A stretch of 64,000 nucleotides of DNA, from positions 38,796-102,795 of the forward strand of contig JAQGDQ010000746.1 of assembly GCA_030141605.1 (NCBI GenBank). The letters are read 5' to 3'. Made by a program: the position numbers and the translations under genes. The notes beneath the pieces were generated by a model. It was not told the origin of the DNA and ran no database searches. It was given only the letters and a program-made list of their open reading frames with translations. Positions 39,021 through 53,411 of the stretch are shown one piece after another. This DNA is from Tubiluchus corallicola. Its lineage: Eukaryota > Animalia > Priapulida. The first letter of the stretch is position 1; the number at the start of each line of letters is the position of its first letter.

Positions 39021-39503
39021 TTCTTGTTAACTAATAATGCCTGTTCTTTTTGTTTTTGACGTGTTTCTGACGCATGCGCAGAAGAACAACGTTGTCCATA
39101 GAAGAGAAGCCGCTACTTTCTAGCGTCTTTTTGCTTTCATTTCATTGCCAAGAAACCCTTTTAATGGACCCTCTTTCTTCAACACGTCCACCCTAATGCT
39201 CTTCGTGTAAGAGACGCTTTATGAAGGAGGAAATATTTTTTCCATCTCGAAAGAAGAAACGTGAGAAAGTAAGCTTTTTCTCAATGCGACCATGTTTGTT
39301 TAAAAGCAAACGTGACACTCAGATGCCCCAGGTCAGATGATCAAACAAGCCACTAAGTTAAGTTGGCAATTATTAGTAAATCATTTTAAAGTATTTTATT
39401 TCTTAAGTCTCCATTAGGTGAGTGTCGCTCAACCTTATTGGATAAAAATCTGAATTGTGAACTTTATTGTAGTTTCTGCTTGCTAGTTCCACAGGTTAAT
39501 AGA

Positions 39504-40776
39504 GTCTTTAGATATACCGGAAGTCTTTAGATATACCGGAAGTCTTTAGATATACCGGAAGTCTTTAGATATACCGGAAGTCTTTAGATATGCCGGAAGT
39601 CTTTAGATATGCCGGAAGTCTTTAGATATACCGGAAGTCTTTAGATATGTAGGAAGTCTTTAGATATACCGGAAATCTTTAGATATGCCGGAAGTCTTTA
39701 GATATGCCGGAAGTCTTTAGATATACCGGAAGTGTTTAGATATGCCGGAAGTCTTTAGATATGCCGGAAGTCTTTAGATATACCGGAAGTCTTTAGATAT
39801 GCCGGAAGTCTTTAGATATACCGGAAGTCTTTAGATATGCCGGAAGTCTTTAGATATGCCGGAAGTCTTTAGATATGCAGGAAGTCTTTAGATATGCCGG
39901 AAGTCTTTAGATATGCCGGAAGTCTTTAGATATACTGGAAGTCTTTAGATATGCCGGAAGTCTTTAGATATGCCGGAAGTCTTTAGATATGCCGGAAGTC
40001 TTTAGATATACTGGAAGTCTTTAGATATGCCGGAAGTCTTTAGATATGCCGGAAGTCTTTAGATATGCCGGAAGTCTTTAGATATACTGGAAGTCTTTAG
40101 ATATGCCGGAAGTCTTTAGATATGCCGGAAGTCTTTAGATATGCCGGAAGTCTTTAGATATACTGGAAGTCTTTAGATATGCCGGAAGTCTTTAGATATG
40201 CCGGAAGTCTTTAGATATGCCGGAAGTCTTTAGATATACTGGAAGTCTTTAGATATGCCGGAAGTCTTTAGATATGCCGGAAGTCTTTAGATATGCCGGA
40301 AGTCTTTAGATATACTGGAAGTCTTTAGATATGCCGGAAGTCTTTAGATATGCCGGAAGTCTTTAGATATGCCGGAAGTCTTTAGATATACTGGAAGTCT
40401 TTAGATATGCCGGAAGTCTTTAGATATGCCGGAAGTCTTTAGATATGCCGGAAGTCTTTAGATATACTGGAAGTCTTTAGATATGCCGGAAGTCTTTAGA
40501 TATGCCGGAAGTCTTTAGATATGCCGGAAGTCTTTAGATATACTGGAAGTCTTTAGATATGCCGGAAGTCTTTAGATATGCCGGAAGTCTTTAGATATGC
40601 CGGAAGTCTTTAGATATGCTGGAAGTCTTTAGATATGCCGGAAGTCTTTAGATATGCCGGAAGTCTTTAGATATGCCGGAAGTCTTTAGATATACTGGAA
40701 GTCTTTAGATATGCCGGAAGTCTTTAGATATGCCGGAAGTCTTTAGATATACCGGAAGTCTTTAGATATGCTGGAA
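39504..40776. repeat. 19-bp minisatellite, ~67 copies, with a 4-mer higher-order repeat
   Basis: Unit GAAGTCTTTAGATATGCCG; ACTG variant every fourth unit from ~39930 to ~40700. Confidence 0.96.
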
Positions 40777-40852
40777 AACAGCATTCGTGTCACTAGTTTT
40801 AATATCTTGTACAATTCAACTCTTGTTGTAATTTTCAGTCACTAGCGGGCAG

Positions 40853-41118
40853 TCGTTGTTGTCGTTGTCGTTGTCATTGTTGTCGTTGTTGTTGTTGTTG
40901 TTGCTGTCATGCTCGTCGTCGTCGTTATCGTTGTTGTTGTTGTTGCTGCTGCTGCTGTTGCTGTTGTCGTTGTCATTGTCTTTGTCATTGTTGTAGTTGT
41001 CATCGTCGTCGTTGTTGTTGTTGTTGTCGTCGTCGTTGTTGTCATTGTCGTCGTCGTCGTTGTTGTTGTCATTGTCGTTGTTGTTGTTGTCGTTGTTGTT
41101 GTTGCTGCTGTCGTCGTT
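40853..41118. repeat. Degenerate (GTT/GTC)n microsatellite
   Basis: Trinucleotide mosaic. Confidence 0.85.
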
Positions 41119-42233
41119 CTTATCGTTTCTGTCTGAAGTTGCAGAGGTTTTCCCACGTTCAATGTGTCAATTTCTTTTCCAAAAAGAGATTAGAAGTTTT
41201 AGCTAACATAACAAATAATAAAAGAATGCACTAAAAGCAAAAACTGGCTGTTCTTTTGATGAAGCCATGCTATTTCATGACTTAAGGTTACAAAAAGACA
41301 CTAAGAAAGTTCTCAGAAACCAGATGAGGGAATGTGAGAAGTGAGCCCACTCAGTCCAGTTAAAATGCTAGATTATAAAAGTACTCGTTTTACTCGAGCC
41401 TAAAGCAACGTATTTAATTAAGAGACAGAATACCATCTGTGTTATATTCGTACTGTTTGCTTATATATATATAAGAATATTCTATATTCTTAGCCTGCTT
41501 CTTTCTTCCTGTTTGCTCACTCTAAGTTTAACACAAGACTGATACTTATCATAAAAAATAAAGTCTGTTATGATGAGAAATGGCAGCGCTCAATTTATTA
41601 TTTAACACAATTCGCCTTTATTGCATTTCTTCACGGAAAGACCAACACTATTATCTTTTCACTCACGCGTTGACTTAATCCTATTATATTCGAACAAAAG
41701 GTGAGATGTAGGAAGACTCCTCCGCACATATATACTTGATGCTTGGGTTAATAATGCTATAATAATGCTATAAATGCTTTTGCAAATCTTATCTCGGATG
41801 AATTCCTATCGTCCGTATATAAACAGTCTGTTGGTGAGGAAATTTTACAACTCTCGTCGTGTTTTCTATATGCTGCTTTGTTTTTGTTTACGATTATGTG
41901 AATTTACATTAGAATTGGTAATTATGTTTCTTACTATTGTACTCGCTGTTTTTCAATGTGTAAAATGTGTGTAGATTTTTGTTACTAAGTATTAAAATAT
42001 GTTCGTTATCTTTTATTGTGCATGTATGTAGTGTTGGATTATAATTTGTAACTATGTCTATTGTATATGATCGTTGTCGTTCAATCTGTCTCATGCGTTG
42101 GATTCTAAATTATATATATATATATGTGAATATGTTTAATACGTTGTAAATGCTTTTATAAATTTTAAACATATCCCTACAAATATAGGGAATGTATTCT
42201 GCATATTGTTTTTAAAAATAAAGAATAATGATA

Positions 42234-42597
<364 letters not shown>

Positions 42598-42761
42598 TAG
42601 TACTTCTTAATTTGCTTCTTATGGCTTAATAATTAATTGCGGTAGCTTTGAATAATTTGTTGGAAAATAATTAGATATTTTTAGTCTCAAACCAAAGACA
42701 ATTGCTTGACTAAGCATTTTTAGTACAACGACGCTCTAGAAATGGTCGCGACTCTAGACAA

Positions 42762-43433
42762 GAATACGACTTCAGTGTCACTGCAATGGCTTCATCCATT
42801 GTTGAGTACGACTTTAGTGTCACTGCAATGGCTTCATACATTGTTGAATACGACTTTAGTGTCACTGCAAGGGCTTCATACATTGTTGAATACGAGTTTA
42901 GTGTCACTGCAATGGCTTCATCCATTGTTGAATACGACTTTAGTGTCACTGCAAGGGCTTCATACATTGTTGAATACGAGTTTAGTGTCACTGCAATGGC
43001 TTCATACATTGTTGAATACGAGTTTAGTGTCACTGCAATGGCTTCATACATTGCTGAGTACGACTTCAGTGTCACTGCAATGGCTTCATACATTGTTGAA
43101 TACGACTTTAGTGGCACTGCAATGGCTTCATACATTGTTGAATACGACTTTAGTGGCACTGCAATGGCTTCATACATTGTTGAATACGACTTTAGTGTCA
43201 CTGCAAGGGCTTCATACATTGTTGAATACGACTTTAGTGTCACTGCAATGGCTTCATACATTGCTGAGTACGACTTCAGTGTCACTGCAATGGCTTCGTA
43301 CATTGTTGAATACGACTTCAGTGTCACTGCAATGGCTTCATACATTGTTGAATACGACTTTAGTGGCACTGCAATGGCTTCATACATTGTTGAATACGAC
43401 CTTAGAGTCAATGCAATGGCTTCATACATTGTT
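42762..43433. repeat. 39-bp minisatellite, ~17 copies
   Basis: Unit GAATACGACTTTAGTGTCACTGCAATGGCTTCATACATTGTT-like, 39-bp period. Confidence 0.95.
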
Positions 43434-43916
43434 GCTTATCTAAGGTTAAGTACAAGCTGATAGTGACACGGTACAGAGATTATCTCGATTGCACAACTCT
43501 CGTGTATAAGAACTGATCGAAGGCCATTGTCACATATTGGCTTACTAGTTTCATGATATTGGAAAGCCGTCTTACAAAAGTACCTTTATGAGTAATGAAG
43601 CGTGACCGAGTCGAGACAAAGGCTGGGTTTGTTTGCCAGCTTTATCTTACCTGACTTTGTCCTGTTGACGTAAATATAAACTGCAGTATGAACGGCGTAT
43701 TTAAGCAACATACGTCTACCGTGAAGCGCACTTTCAGCATTGAGCAAACTGTACGATGAAAATGGAATTAGTCGAAAAAATTTAATGCTAAATCAGGATT
43801 AAGAGTCAAGATTGACCATTGCTGGATTACTGCTGCGTTTACCTTACTGAAGGCAGATTTCTTTTATTTTAGAATTCTGCCTGCCCAGTGTCTACAATAG
43901 ACGTGACGGGCGTATG

Positions 43917-43917
<1 letters not shown>

Positions 43918-43956
<39 letters not shown>

Positions 43957-43983
43957 CGATGATGATGATGATGGTGATGATGA
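43918..43983. repeat. (GAT)n microsatellite
   Basis: GAT run. Confidence 0.9.
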
Positions 43984-44104
43984 CATGTATTTTCTTTATT
44001 CTGGATTACTTTGTTATATAGTAAATGTCATAATTTTAAAATTTAATAATATTTCCTAAATTAAACTGATAACATTAATGCCCACCAGTGTTTAAGAATC
44101 GTTT

Positions 44105-44671
44105 TATCTATATTCGGTAAATGATCTATCTATATTCGGTAAATGTAGATCTAATCGGTATATCTAGGTCTATCTATAATCGGTAAATGTAGATATAATC
44201 GGTATATCTAGGTCTATCTATATTCGGTAAATGTAGATCTATTCGGTATATCTAGATCTATCTATATTCCGTAAATGTAGATCTATTCGGTATATCTAGA
44301 TCTATCTATATTCGGTAAATGTAGATCTATTCGGTATATCTAGATCTATCTATATTCGGTAAATGTAGATCTATTCGCTATATCTAGATCTATCTATATT
44401 CCGTAAATGTAGATCTATTCGCTATATCTAGATCTATCTATATTCCGTAAATGTAGATCTATTCGGTATATCTAGATCTATCTATATTCGGTAACTGTAG
44501 ATCTATTCGCTATATCTGGAGCTATCTATATTCGGTAAATGTAGATCTATTCGGTATATCTAGATCTATCTATATTCGGTAGATGTAGATCTATTCGGTA
44601 TATCTAGATCTATCTATATTCGGTAAATGTAGATCTATTCGGTATATCTAGATCTATCTATATTCGGTAAA
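44105..44671. repeat. 44-bp minisatellite, ~12 copies
   Basis: Unit TCTATATTCGGTAAATGTAGATCTATTCGGTATATCTAGATCTA, made of two related halves. Confidence 0.93.
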
Positions 44672-44955
44672 GGATAGCAGACTAGGTGACTTTATAGTCT
44701 TTTCACTATCCTTTCTCTAGTTCTAGATCTATCTATTCATTTTAACCATTCTTCAAAACTTATTAGTGATTCTGTTATTAATCATGTTTTATTGTAGTAT
44801 TAAAAAGAGATAAATAAATTAAAATTGAATTGAGGTATGTCATGTGGCATGAATCAGTTGACAGACTAAAAAATCGAAGCTGCGCGGGTCACATAATCAA
44901 ATTTATGTTACCACTTTTACATTTTTTGTCAGTCTTACTAGAGTGAGTTTTTTCG

Positions 44956-45337
<382 letters not shown>

Positions 45338-45848
45338 GAGTTGCTAAAAGTAAAGCTTGGAAGAGTTTGGATACATTTTGTCCGTGGAAGTTTTTTAATA
45401 CTTATATGTAGCTGCTCTAACAAAAGTAAATCATTCAGGTTTAGCCTTTAATTCGCTTTCCTTCAAATAAATAATGTGTATATGCGATAAATGATAATGC
45501 CTAATTTAGTTAAAAGATGGCGCCACCAATGACGTCATTCATCGACAGAAGAAAAGCAGCGCATTACCAATTTTTGATAAAAATATAATAAGTTTTTATT
45601 AACAATTAGATAGCTTATCTTGTGACATGAATTTTAAGCAAGCTGCAGAAGTTTGAAATAGTTTAAGCAACGGAAAACCACGATACGCTTACGAAAAATC
45701 ACGAAGTCCACCAGTTATGTCATAATTTTCAAGTGAATGTCAGATAACAACGCGCTTGAGAATCACTATACACAGTAGAGATTATGTAGTAAAAATTAAC
45801 TTTATGTTTTATAGACATTTTTGCAAATTTCTTTGTTATATTTTTCTG

Positions 45849-47150
45849 AGTTTAAGCGATAAGAGCAAAATAAACCCAACATACTGAGTAGCCTGATCTT
45901 TCCTTTACCACACCACAAACAGTTTAAGTGATAAGAGCAAAATAAACCCAACATGCTGAGTGACTTGTTCTTTCCTTTACCACACCACAAACAGTTTAAG
46001 TGATAAGAGCAAAATAAACCCAACATGCTGAGTGACTTGTTCTTTCCTTTACCACACCACAAACAGTTTAAGTGATAAGAGCAAAATAAACCCAACATGC
46101 TGAGTGACTTGTTCTTTCCTTTACCACACCACAAACAGTTTAAGTGATAAGAGCAAAATAAACCCAACATGCTGAGCGACTTGTTCTTTCCTTTACCACA
46201 CCACAAACAGTTTAAGTGATAAGAGCAAAATAAACCCAACATACTGAGGGACTTGTTCTTTCCTTTACCACACCACAAACAGTTTAAGTGATAAGAGCAA
46301 AATAAACCCAACATGCTGAATGACTTGTTCTTTCCTTTACCACACCACAAACAGTTTAAGTGATAAGAGCAAAATAAACCCAACATGCTGAGTGACTTGT
46401 TCTTTCTTTTACCACACCACAAACAGTTTAAGTGATAAGAGCAAAATAAACCCAACATGCTGAGTGACTTGTTCTTTCCTTTACCACACCACAAACAGTT
46501 TAAGTGATAAGAGCAAAATAAACCCAACATGCTGAGTGACTTGTTCTTTCGTTTACCACACCACAAACAGTTTAAGTGATAAGAGCAAAATAAACCCAAC
46601 ATGCTGAGTGACTTGTTCTTTCCTTTACCACACCACAAACAGTTTAAGTGATAAGAGCAAAATAAACCCAACATGCTGAATGACTTGTTCTTTCCTTTAC
46701 CACACCACAAACAGTTTAAGTGATAAGAGCAAATAAACCCAACATGCTGAGTGACTTGTTCTTTCTTTTACCACACCACAAACAGTTTAAGTGATAAGAG
46801 CAAAATAAACCCAACATACTGAGTGACTTGTTCTTTCTTTTACCACACCACAAACAGTTTAAGTGATAAGAGCAAAATAAACCCAACATGCTGAGTGACT
46901 TGTTCTTTCCTTTACCACACCACAAACAGTTTAAGCGATAAGAGCAAAATAAACCCAACATACTGAGTGACTTGTTCTTTCCTTTACCACACCACAAACA
47001 GTTTAAGCGATAAGAGCAAAATAAACCCAACATGCTGAGTGACTTGTTCTTTCTTTTACCACACCACAAACAGTTTAAGTGATAAGAGCAAAATAAACCC
47101 AACATACAGAGAGACTTGTTCTTTCCTTTACCACACCACAAACAGTTTAA
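45849..47150. repeat. 72-bp minisatellite array 2, ~18 copies
   Basis: Same unit and orientation as array 1. Confidence 0.95.
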
Positions 47151-47176
47151 AATTTCAGTTCTCCCATCTACCTTAA

Positions 47177-47843
47177 AGCACAAAAAACCCTCCACTTACA
47201 TTAAGCTTAAAGAATTCGTCTCTTCACATTTTATATCACTTACATGCTGCCTTTTTTCATGCAGGGTTTGCGTCAGCCGTAACGCTGTATAAAACGTGTA
47301 AATTTAAACTCCCGCGATGACCGTTAGGCGCAGCCATTTTAATGGTAGGTCGTTTTGATAACATTGAGTAAAGTTTGAAAAAACAATCAGAGCATTCGTA
47401 GCATACATGTTGCTAATTAAGTAAAATTTTAAATTACTATATCTTGTCAATAAGATTAAAAATACGTTTTTGGTTAGTGAGTGGCGCACCCTGGAGGGTG
47501 AGTCAGTGACATTTTAACAATTTGCACGCACATTTTAAATTATTATTTCTACTTACACAAGTCTTTACAGCAGGTAAATGAAATGCTAAGTAATATAGAT
47601 TTGCACGGAAATTTTTTTTGTGTTTCATAGTTTAACATTTCCTTTTCGTCCCCTGATTTACGTTGTGCGTACTGACATCATGTAATGGCGCCGTCGGAAC
47701 AATATTGCGGGAAATTTAAAAAGCAAACAAACGAAAATCGCTTTCATCGCGAATACGACATGTGCATAAAATTGCTGTAAAATAATATAATTTTTTAAAG
47801 CGATTTTTCTGAAACCTACTTCAGGCGCAAGGGTTCTTGTCCC
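47177..47843 (-). mobile_element. Kolobok-like TTAA MITE, copy 3
   Basis: TTAA at 47173-47176 and 47844-47847; homologous to copy 2 throughout. Confidence 0.85.
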
Positions 47844-47882
47844 TTAATTGCATAATTTCGTTTATTATGTCTAATTACTTAC

Positions 47883-48053
47883 CAGATTTAAGTTCATCAA
47901 GGCGAGGTCCCTGTTATTAGTTTTCACATTCTGTTGCTCATTGTCCTCGTTTGCCAAATCGTATGGCGGAAACCCGTAAACCGTTGTAGACATCATTACT
48001 GTGTACACCACCACCGCCACCGCCGAATAAGCAAGCGCTTCTGAAGATTTCAT
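47883..48053 (-). CDS. CNMamide-like neuropeptide precursor, exon 1 (signal peptide)
   Basis: MKSSEALAYSAVAVVVYTVMMSTTVYG-FPPYD: hydrophobic core with VYG cleavage site; ends CTG|GTAAGT (phase 0). Confidence 0.75.
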
Positions 48054-48184
48054 ATCAAGTTTTGACCAACTACTTAGTTAGAAAACGTAATAGTTATTCA
48101 GTCACGTGTTTTTTGCTAATGATTATTCAGTCACGTTTGTTTGATATCAACGTTACCAGCTAAATCTCAGTTTGAAACGAAACT

Positions 48185-48425
48185 TGTTTATAACGACACT
48201 GGCATGTAATTATGTAACAATTTACTTTGTTGACGTTATTAATCAACAAAGTGTGAAGACGCTGTGTAATCAGCTTAACTCACTGCCTTCCCTTCTCTTC
48301 GTATCGCAGAGAGGAGATAGTCATCAAAGTTTACCCACTCACCAGGTTTAAAAGCAGACGAAAATAAATGCGCTGATCGGATATTGCGTCTTTATGTCAA
48401 ATTAATACGTACTCCGCGCATGCGC
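48185..48425 (-). promoter_or_regulatory. Putative promoter of the neuropeptide gene
   Basis: Minus-strand TATAAA at ~48187-48192, TTATGTAA (PAR-bZIP-like) ~48211, TGACGTTA (CRE-like) ~48232, GCGCATGCGC (NRF1) ~48416. Motif matches only. Confidence 0.4.
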
Positions 48426-48881
48426 AAACGCGTCGTCGCACAACTCTATTCCGAGAAGCCACGGAGGAGATTCATTCACGATTAGGTTGGAGGATTAGCA
48501 CCCCCGCGTTTAAAAAGCGACGTTTGGAACAGAAACACGTGTTCGCGAGCGATCAGATGTTTCTTAGAACAGATAAGTAGGTGATAAATTTCAGCTTTGC
48601 GATTTTTTGCCGCGAATACCAAACTTACGGAAAGTTGTACCGCTCGTGTGAAAAAACTTTACAACGCGCGTCGCAGGCTGTTAGCGGGGGCCTGGTAATT
48701 ACATTATTGCTGCAAAAACTGCTGTTTTGCGATAGTTTTTCAAAAACCATAATTTTTCACGTGGTGTCTGTGAACTTTGCGGGAGGATCATCTGAGCTCC
48801 CTGAGAATCAGACCAGTTCTGCAAAAAGAGATTAAAATTCCAAAGTTGTTCTAGTTACTGCCAGTAGCCAGAGAGGGACCA

Positions 48882-49255
48882 TACCTTATAAAGCCATGAG
48901 GTTGTATCTCATTCCCACAATCCCGTTCTGTTCCCATGTAGGAGCTTTAATTACCTTATAAAGTCATGAGGTGTATCTCATTCCCACAATCCCTTTCGGT
49001 TCCCATGTAGAGCTTTTATTACCTTATAAAGTCATGAGGTTGTATCTCATTCCCGCAATCCCTTTCTGTTCCCATGTAGGAACATTAATTACCTTATAAA
49101 GTCATGAGGTTGTATCTCATTCCCACAATCCCTTTCTGTTCCCGTGTAGGAGCTTTAATTACCTTATAAAGTCACGAGGTTGTATCTCATTCCCACAATC
49201 CCTTTCTGTTCCCTTCTAGGAGCTTTAATTCCCACAATCCTTTTCTGTTCCCATT
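48882..49255. repeat. ~70-bp tandem repeat, ~5 copies
   Basis: ACCTTATAAAG recurs at ~48883, 48953, 49021, 49091 and 49161. Confidence 0.9.
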
Positions 49256-49377
49256 TTCTGTTCCATAGTTTTGAGCTGCAATTTTTGAGGCAGACTGCAA
49301 AATTTTTTAATGTTTCCCAAAAGGAAAATTAACCAAATTTGGAAATGGAGTAAAAATAACACAATAGTAAAAAAGAG

Positions 49378-49775
49378 TAACAACAGCAGCGATGCAACAA
49401 CGGCAACAAAAAGCAACATCAACAGCAAGAACAACAAACTACAGCAAAAACAACATCTACGATGATGACGACGACGACGACGACAAATGACGATGATGAA
49501 AGCAATGACAGCAGCAGTGGCAACGACTACAGCAATGTCAGCAACAGCAACTGCGATAACAACTGCGACAACAACAGCAAAAGCAGCAGCAGCAACAATA
49601 ACAACAACCAGGACGATGGCCACAGCAAAGACAACAACAGCAACACCAACAACAGCAACGACGTGACCAGCACCACCAACAGCAGCAGCAGCAACGACGA
49701 CCACTTCTACAAAAACAGCAACAACAACCAGCAGCAACAATGTTTACGGAAACTGCAAATAGCAACCACAAACGA
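49378..49775. repeat. Degenerate (CAA/CAG/GAC)n microsatellite
   Basis: Trinucleotide mosaic. Confidence 0.8.
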
Positions 49776-50835
49776 CTCATAGAAACTAATAACACTTGAC
49801 ACTCGAGTAACAACTAACCTGGCTGCATGTTGGATGCGTGACCACAGAAATTGGTTTCGTTCATTCAGTCTGATAACCAGTTTTTACCTATATGAGATTC
49901 ATCATGATGAGATATATGAAATGATACACGATGATATATCAGATGATAGAATGTATCTTAGTGCCTGGGTGGCAGTACTAACTTTCAAGTGGGTCTTGTG
50001 GGTGGAGCCTATTTGTGGGTTCACATGAATTTTTTTTTTAAAAATTATGTAATGTAATACGTGTTATGTTAGTTTTGTAATGTCAAATGTTTAAATAGTG
50101 TAAATGTAATGAGTGAAATTTATGTAATGTAAAGCATGTTTCTGTTAATTGTGACATGTCAAATGTATATATAGTGTAAAATATGTCATGTATAATTTAA
50201 TGTACTTTTGTAATATTGTTTTGTAAAAATATTTTAATATGGTGTTTGTAAATATGTTCATTTATTGTATATAGTTTTGCACTTTAGTTTTTTTAGTCTG
50301 CACTGGACGCATTTGTCTTGAACAGTGTTGTTATTTTAACATTACGCTGAGGCTTACTCAATTTTATTATAATGAGTGAACCATTTTAATGACAAATTAT
50401 ATATATTATTGTATATATATACATCCAAGAACTCATATTAATGCAAATTTATGCAGGGCAAGCATAAGACTATTGATGCTACACGTATGTATATATAGGC
50501 ATTGTCTTTTACGGATCATTGAAAACACGTTTTTCACAAACTGAAAGTCCCGGATGTAAACGTGTTGCTTACACGGTTTTTAAATGCTTTTTTTATTGTT
50601 GTCCAAAAAGGAAATGGCAGCCATTTCGTCAGCAGTTTTATTTCAGGAAGTACGTTCTTTAGCAGAAGAAATAATCACTTTGTGTTAACAGTCTTAAATC
50701 AGAGTTTCCCCTGCAGTAATTGCCATCAGTTTTGAGCACTTGTACCGCTGCGTAAAGATTTTGTAAAAATTCTCATATTTCTTTTGCACGGAAAAGGGCA
50801 GCAACACCTGATGCCCATGGACATTTGACAGTCTT

Positions 50836-51248
50836 GAAGGGCAAGAAAAGAGGTACCTGAGGTGGTTTCAGAAAAATCGCCTTAAAATCATATTACTTTA
50901 TAGCAATTTTATGCACATATCGTAACTCGCGTTGAAAGGAATTTTTGTTTGTTTTCATTTTAAATCTCCCGCGACACTGTTCCGACGGCACCATTACATG
51001 ACGTCATATACGCACAACGTAAATCAGGGGAAGAAAAGGAAATGTTAAATTATGTCCCAAAAAACTTTCCATGCAAAATTATGTTACTTAGCAGTTCGCT
51101 TATTTGCTGAAAAGACTTATGTAACTAGAAAAGAAAATTATTAATAATTTAAAATGTTTTCACCAATTGGTAAAATGTCGTTGACTCCAGGGTGCACCAC
51201 TCACTAACCAAAAACGTATTTTTAATCTTATTGACAAGATACAGTAAT
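50836..51248 (+). mobile_element. Kolobok-like MITE, truncated copy 4
   Basis: AGGGCAAGAAAAGAGGTACCTGAGGTGGTTTCAGAAAAATCGCC... matches copy 1; other end missing. Confidence 0.8.
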
Positions 51249-51717
51249 GGTCGTGTGATGCGTGCGTGAAGGCGTGAATGAGTGTGTGACTGAATTTTGC
51301 ACTAATGTAGCATATGTATTGTGTTATGCTATGTCTTTATACTGACTAACAAATTACTTATTTCAGATCTAATAGTTAAAGAAGAAACACGAAGCCATTG
51401 AATAGTTTGTGCGTATTTTTTATGGATTTTGTACAGAATACGACTAGTCCATGGTGCAGATCCTGCAGTGTTGTCAATTGTTATAATATTGGACTGAATT
51501 CGACCCAGTCGAACTCCAAGATGGCATGGCGGTCTTGATATTGCGCATCATTAAGATTCATTTTATTATCGTTGTGTAGCTGATTTTTTAACTACAATTG
51601 CTAATTTTAATTACAAATGTTACGTTAATTAACCAAGTTAATGTCTGTAAACTAGTACCATATACCTGTTATAGCATGTCATTTAACTCTCATAAAATAA
51701 AACACAAAAACTACACT

Positions 51718-52012
51718 GTACGGAGTTTATTATGAGCACTAATAAAAATAGGGAACAAAATACACGTGCACAAAAAATAACTAACTAACTCAGTAACAGC
51801 ACTACACCCGAGGAGCACCTGTGTCAGAAATCAAGGCTGTAGTGACCTCTACACGCTTTTATACTGGCATTCCAGGTCAGCTGGCTTCTCACACCACGTG
51901 TAGGCCCAAACAAGACGTCTGGACCTACAAGATAGGGGTGATTCGCTGCTGACGTGGAAGTAGGGCGTGTAAAGGGCCCTACACCTGACCCGACACAGGT
52001 GCCTCCGTAACA
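51718..52012 (-). mobile_element. Putative solo LTR
   Basis: TGT(T)ACGGAG inverted ends (TG...CA), minus-strand TATAAAA and AATAAA in the expected order; TSD mismatched. Confidence 0.5.
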
Positions 52013-52578
52013 ATATTATGAAAGGACTCTCAATTATATATATATATATATGTTTATTGACTGATTAAGAGATAGTCGAACATGATATTTTGGTTCAGTC
52101 CATAGATCACTACAAGAAAGGACTTTTGATCATATAACATGATCATTACTGTCAAAAAATAACTGAAGTATTATTTACAAATTCACAATATGACTTTGGG
52201 TTTCCATTGAAAAATTCATGCAAATCGTTGAAGCTCAGTTCAGTGTTATCTTCACGAAGGTGATTAGTAAGTGGACAAAAACACCCACTTCCAGTCTCAG
52301 TTTACAAAAACAAGATTTCTTCTCAAGACCATGGAGAGAACGAGGAGACACCATCTATCGATAAATTTAAAATGCATATGAGAAGGGACCGTGCACGAGT
52401 TGAACTCAAAGCCTTGTTAATAAAAGAAAGTTTATCTATGTTCCCTAACAAGCCTTCTCTTAATGTACAAAGTAGTTCAATTCATTTAACTTTATTTTCA
52501 AACACTTAGCTATCTGTTACTGTATCAATTTCTTTTCTACGGCTCTGTTTATTCATTACTTTGGCTTCTTTGTAAATA

Positions 52579-53033
52579 CCGTATTTTCCCGTGTATAAGA
52601 GACCCTTGTGTATAAGAGACCCCTTCAATTTTTAGGCAAAAATTCTGGAAAAAAGTTTTTTCAGACGGACATTTTTAGAGGGTAGAGTACAACTTTTTTC
52701 AACTCAGTGCGGTACTGAAAACAAAATAAAACCAGTTAATGTGTTGTAGAAAAAGAGTTCTGGTATATATTAAAGTGCGTACCTGCAAACCTGTAACAGG
52801 AAAAGAGAAAACGAGGAGATAGTGCCTGTGTCACGATGCTTGTATTGCTTACAACCGCTTCATAGTCGAACGCGACACGCAAAACAGTTGTAGAGCACTT
52901 ATTTCTTTAAAATCATTAGTGTCACAATTTATGCATCTTATTGAAAAGACTTACTCCCATGTATAAGAGACCCCCTATTTTTAAAGTGAAAATTCTGAGC
53001 AAAAAAGGGTCTCTTATACACGGGAAAATACGG
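52579..53033. mobile_element. Tc1/mariner-pogo type MITE
   Basis: Perfect TIR CCGTATTTTCCCGTGTATAAGAGACCC, TA TSD, inner repeats of TGTATAAGAGACCC. Confidence 0.92.
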
Positions 53034-53411
53034 TACATAATTAGTGCATAATTTTCTATACTGTAAGCTCTGCCTGTATAAACTGGTTGTTTTATGCATA
53101 GTGGACCACTGATGGTGACAGCTTATTGCTGTCAAAACGTTTGGACTAAATGTTAAATGTATCGTCTGCATAGGACAACTTTTTATTATGTCTAAATTGC
53201 AGCATGTCACGTGAACATCAAATTAATGAACCGTAGGAGTGGAAGAATACATTGCAAGTTCAGATGTACACGCATTTGTGATAATCATTCGAAATGGATT
53301 TAGATATTAGGATAGCAGAATATCTCTCATAAAACTACACATCATTTTTATGTACGCTATAGTTGTATAGGAATAATTGCAATGTGGTAAAAACGTCAAC
53401 TGCGTATCCAT

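Noticed and set aside
41130-41205. Extra neuropeptide exon near the Asn/Asp-coding microsatellite
   Set aside because: Candidate acceptors give early stops or the wrong phase; exons 1 and 2 already join in frame.
42710-43460. 13-aa repeat ORFs in three frames
   Set aside because: A 39-bp minisatellite lacking stops by chance; no unique coding flanks.
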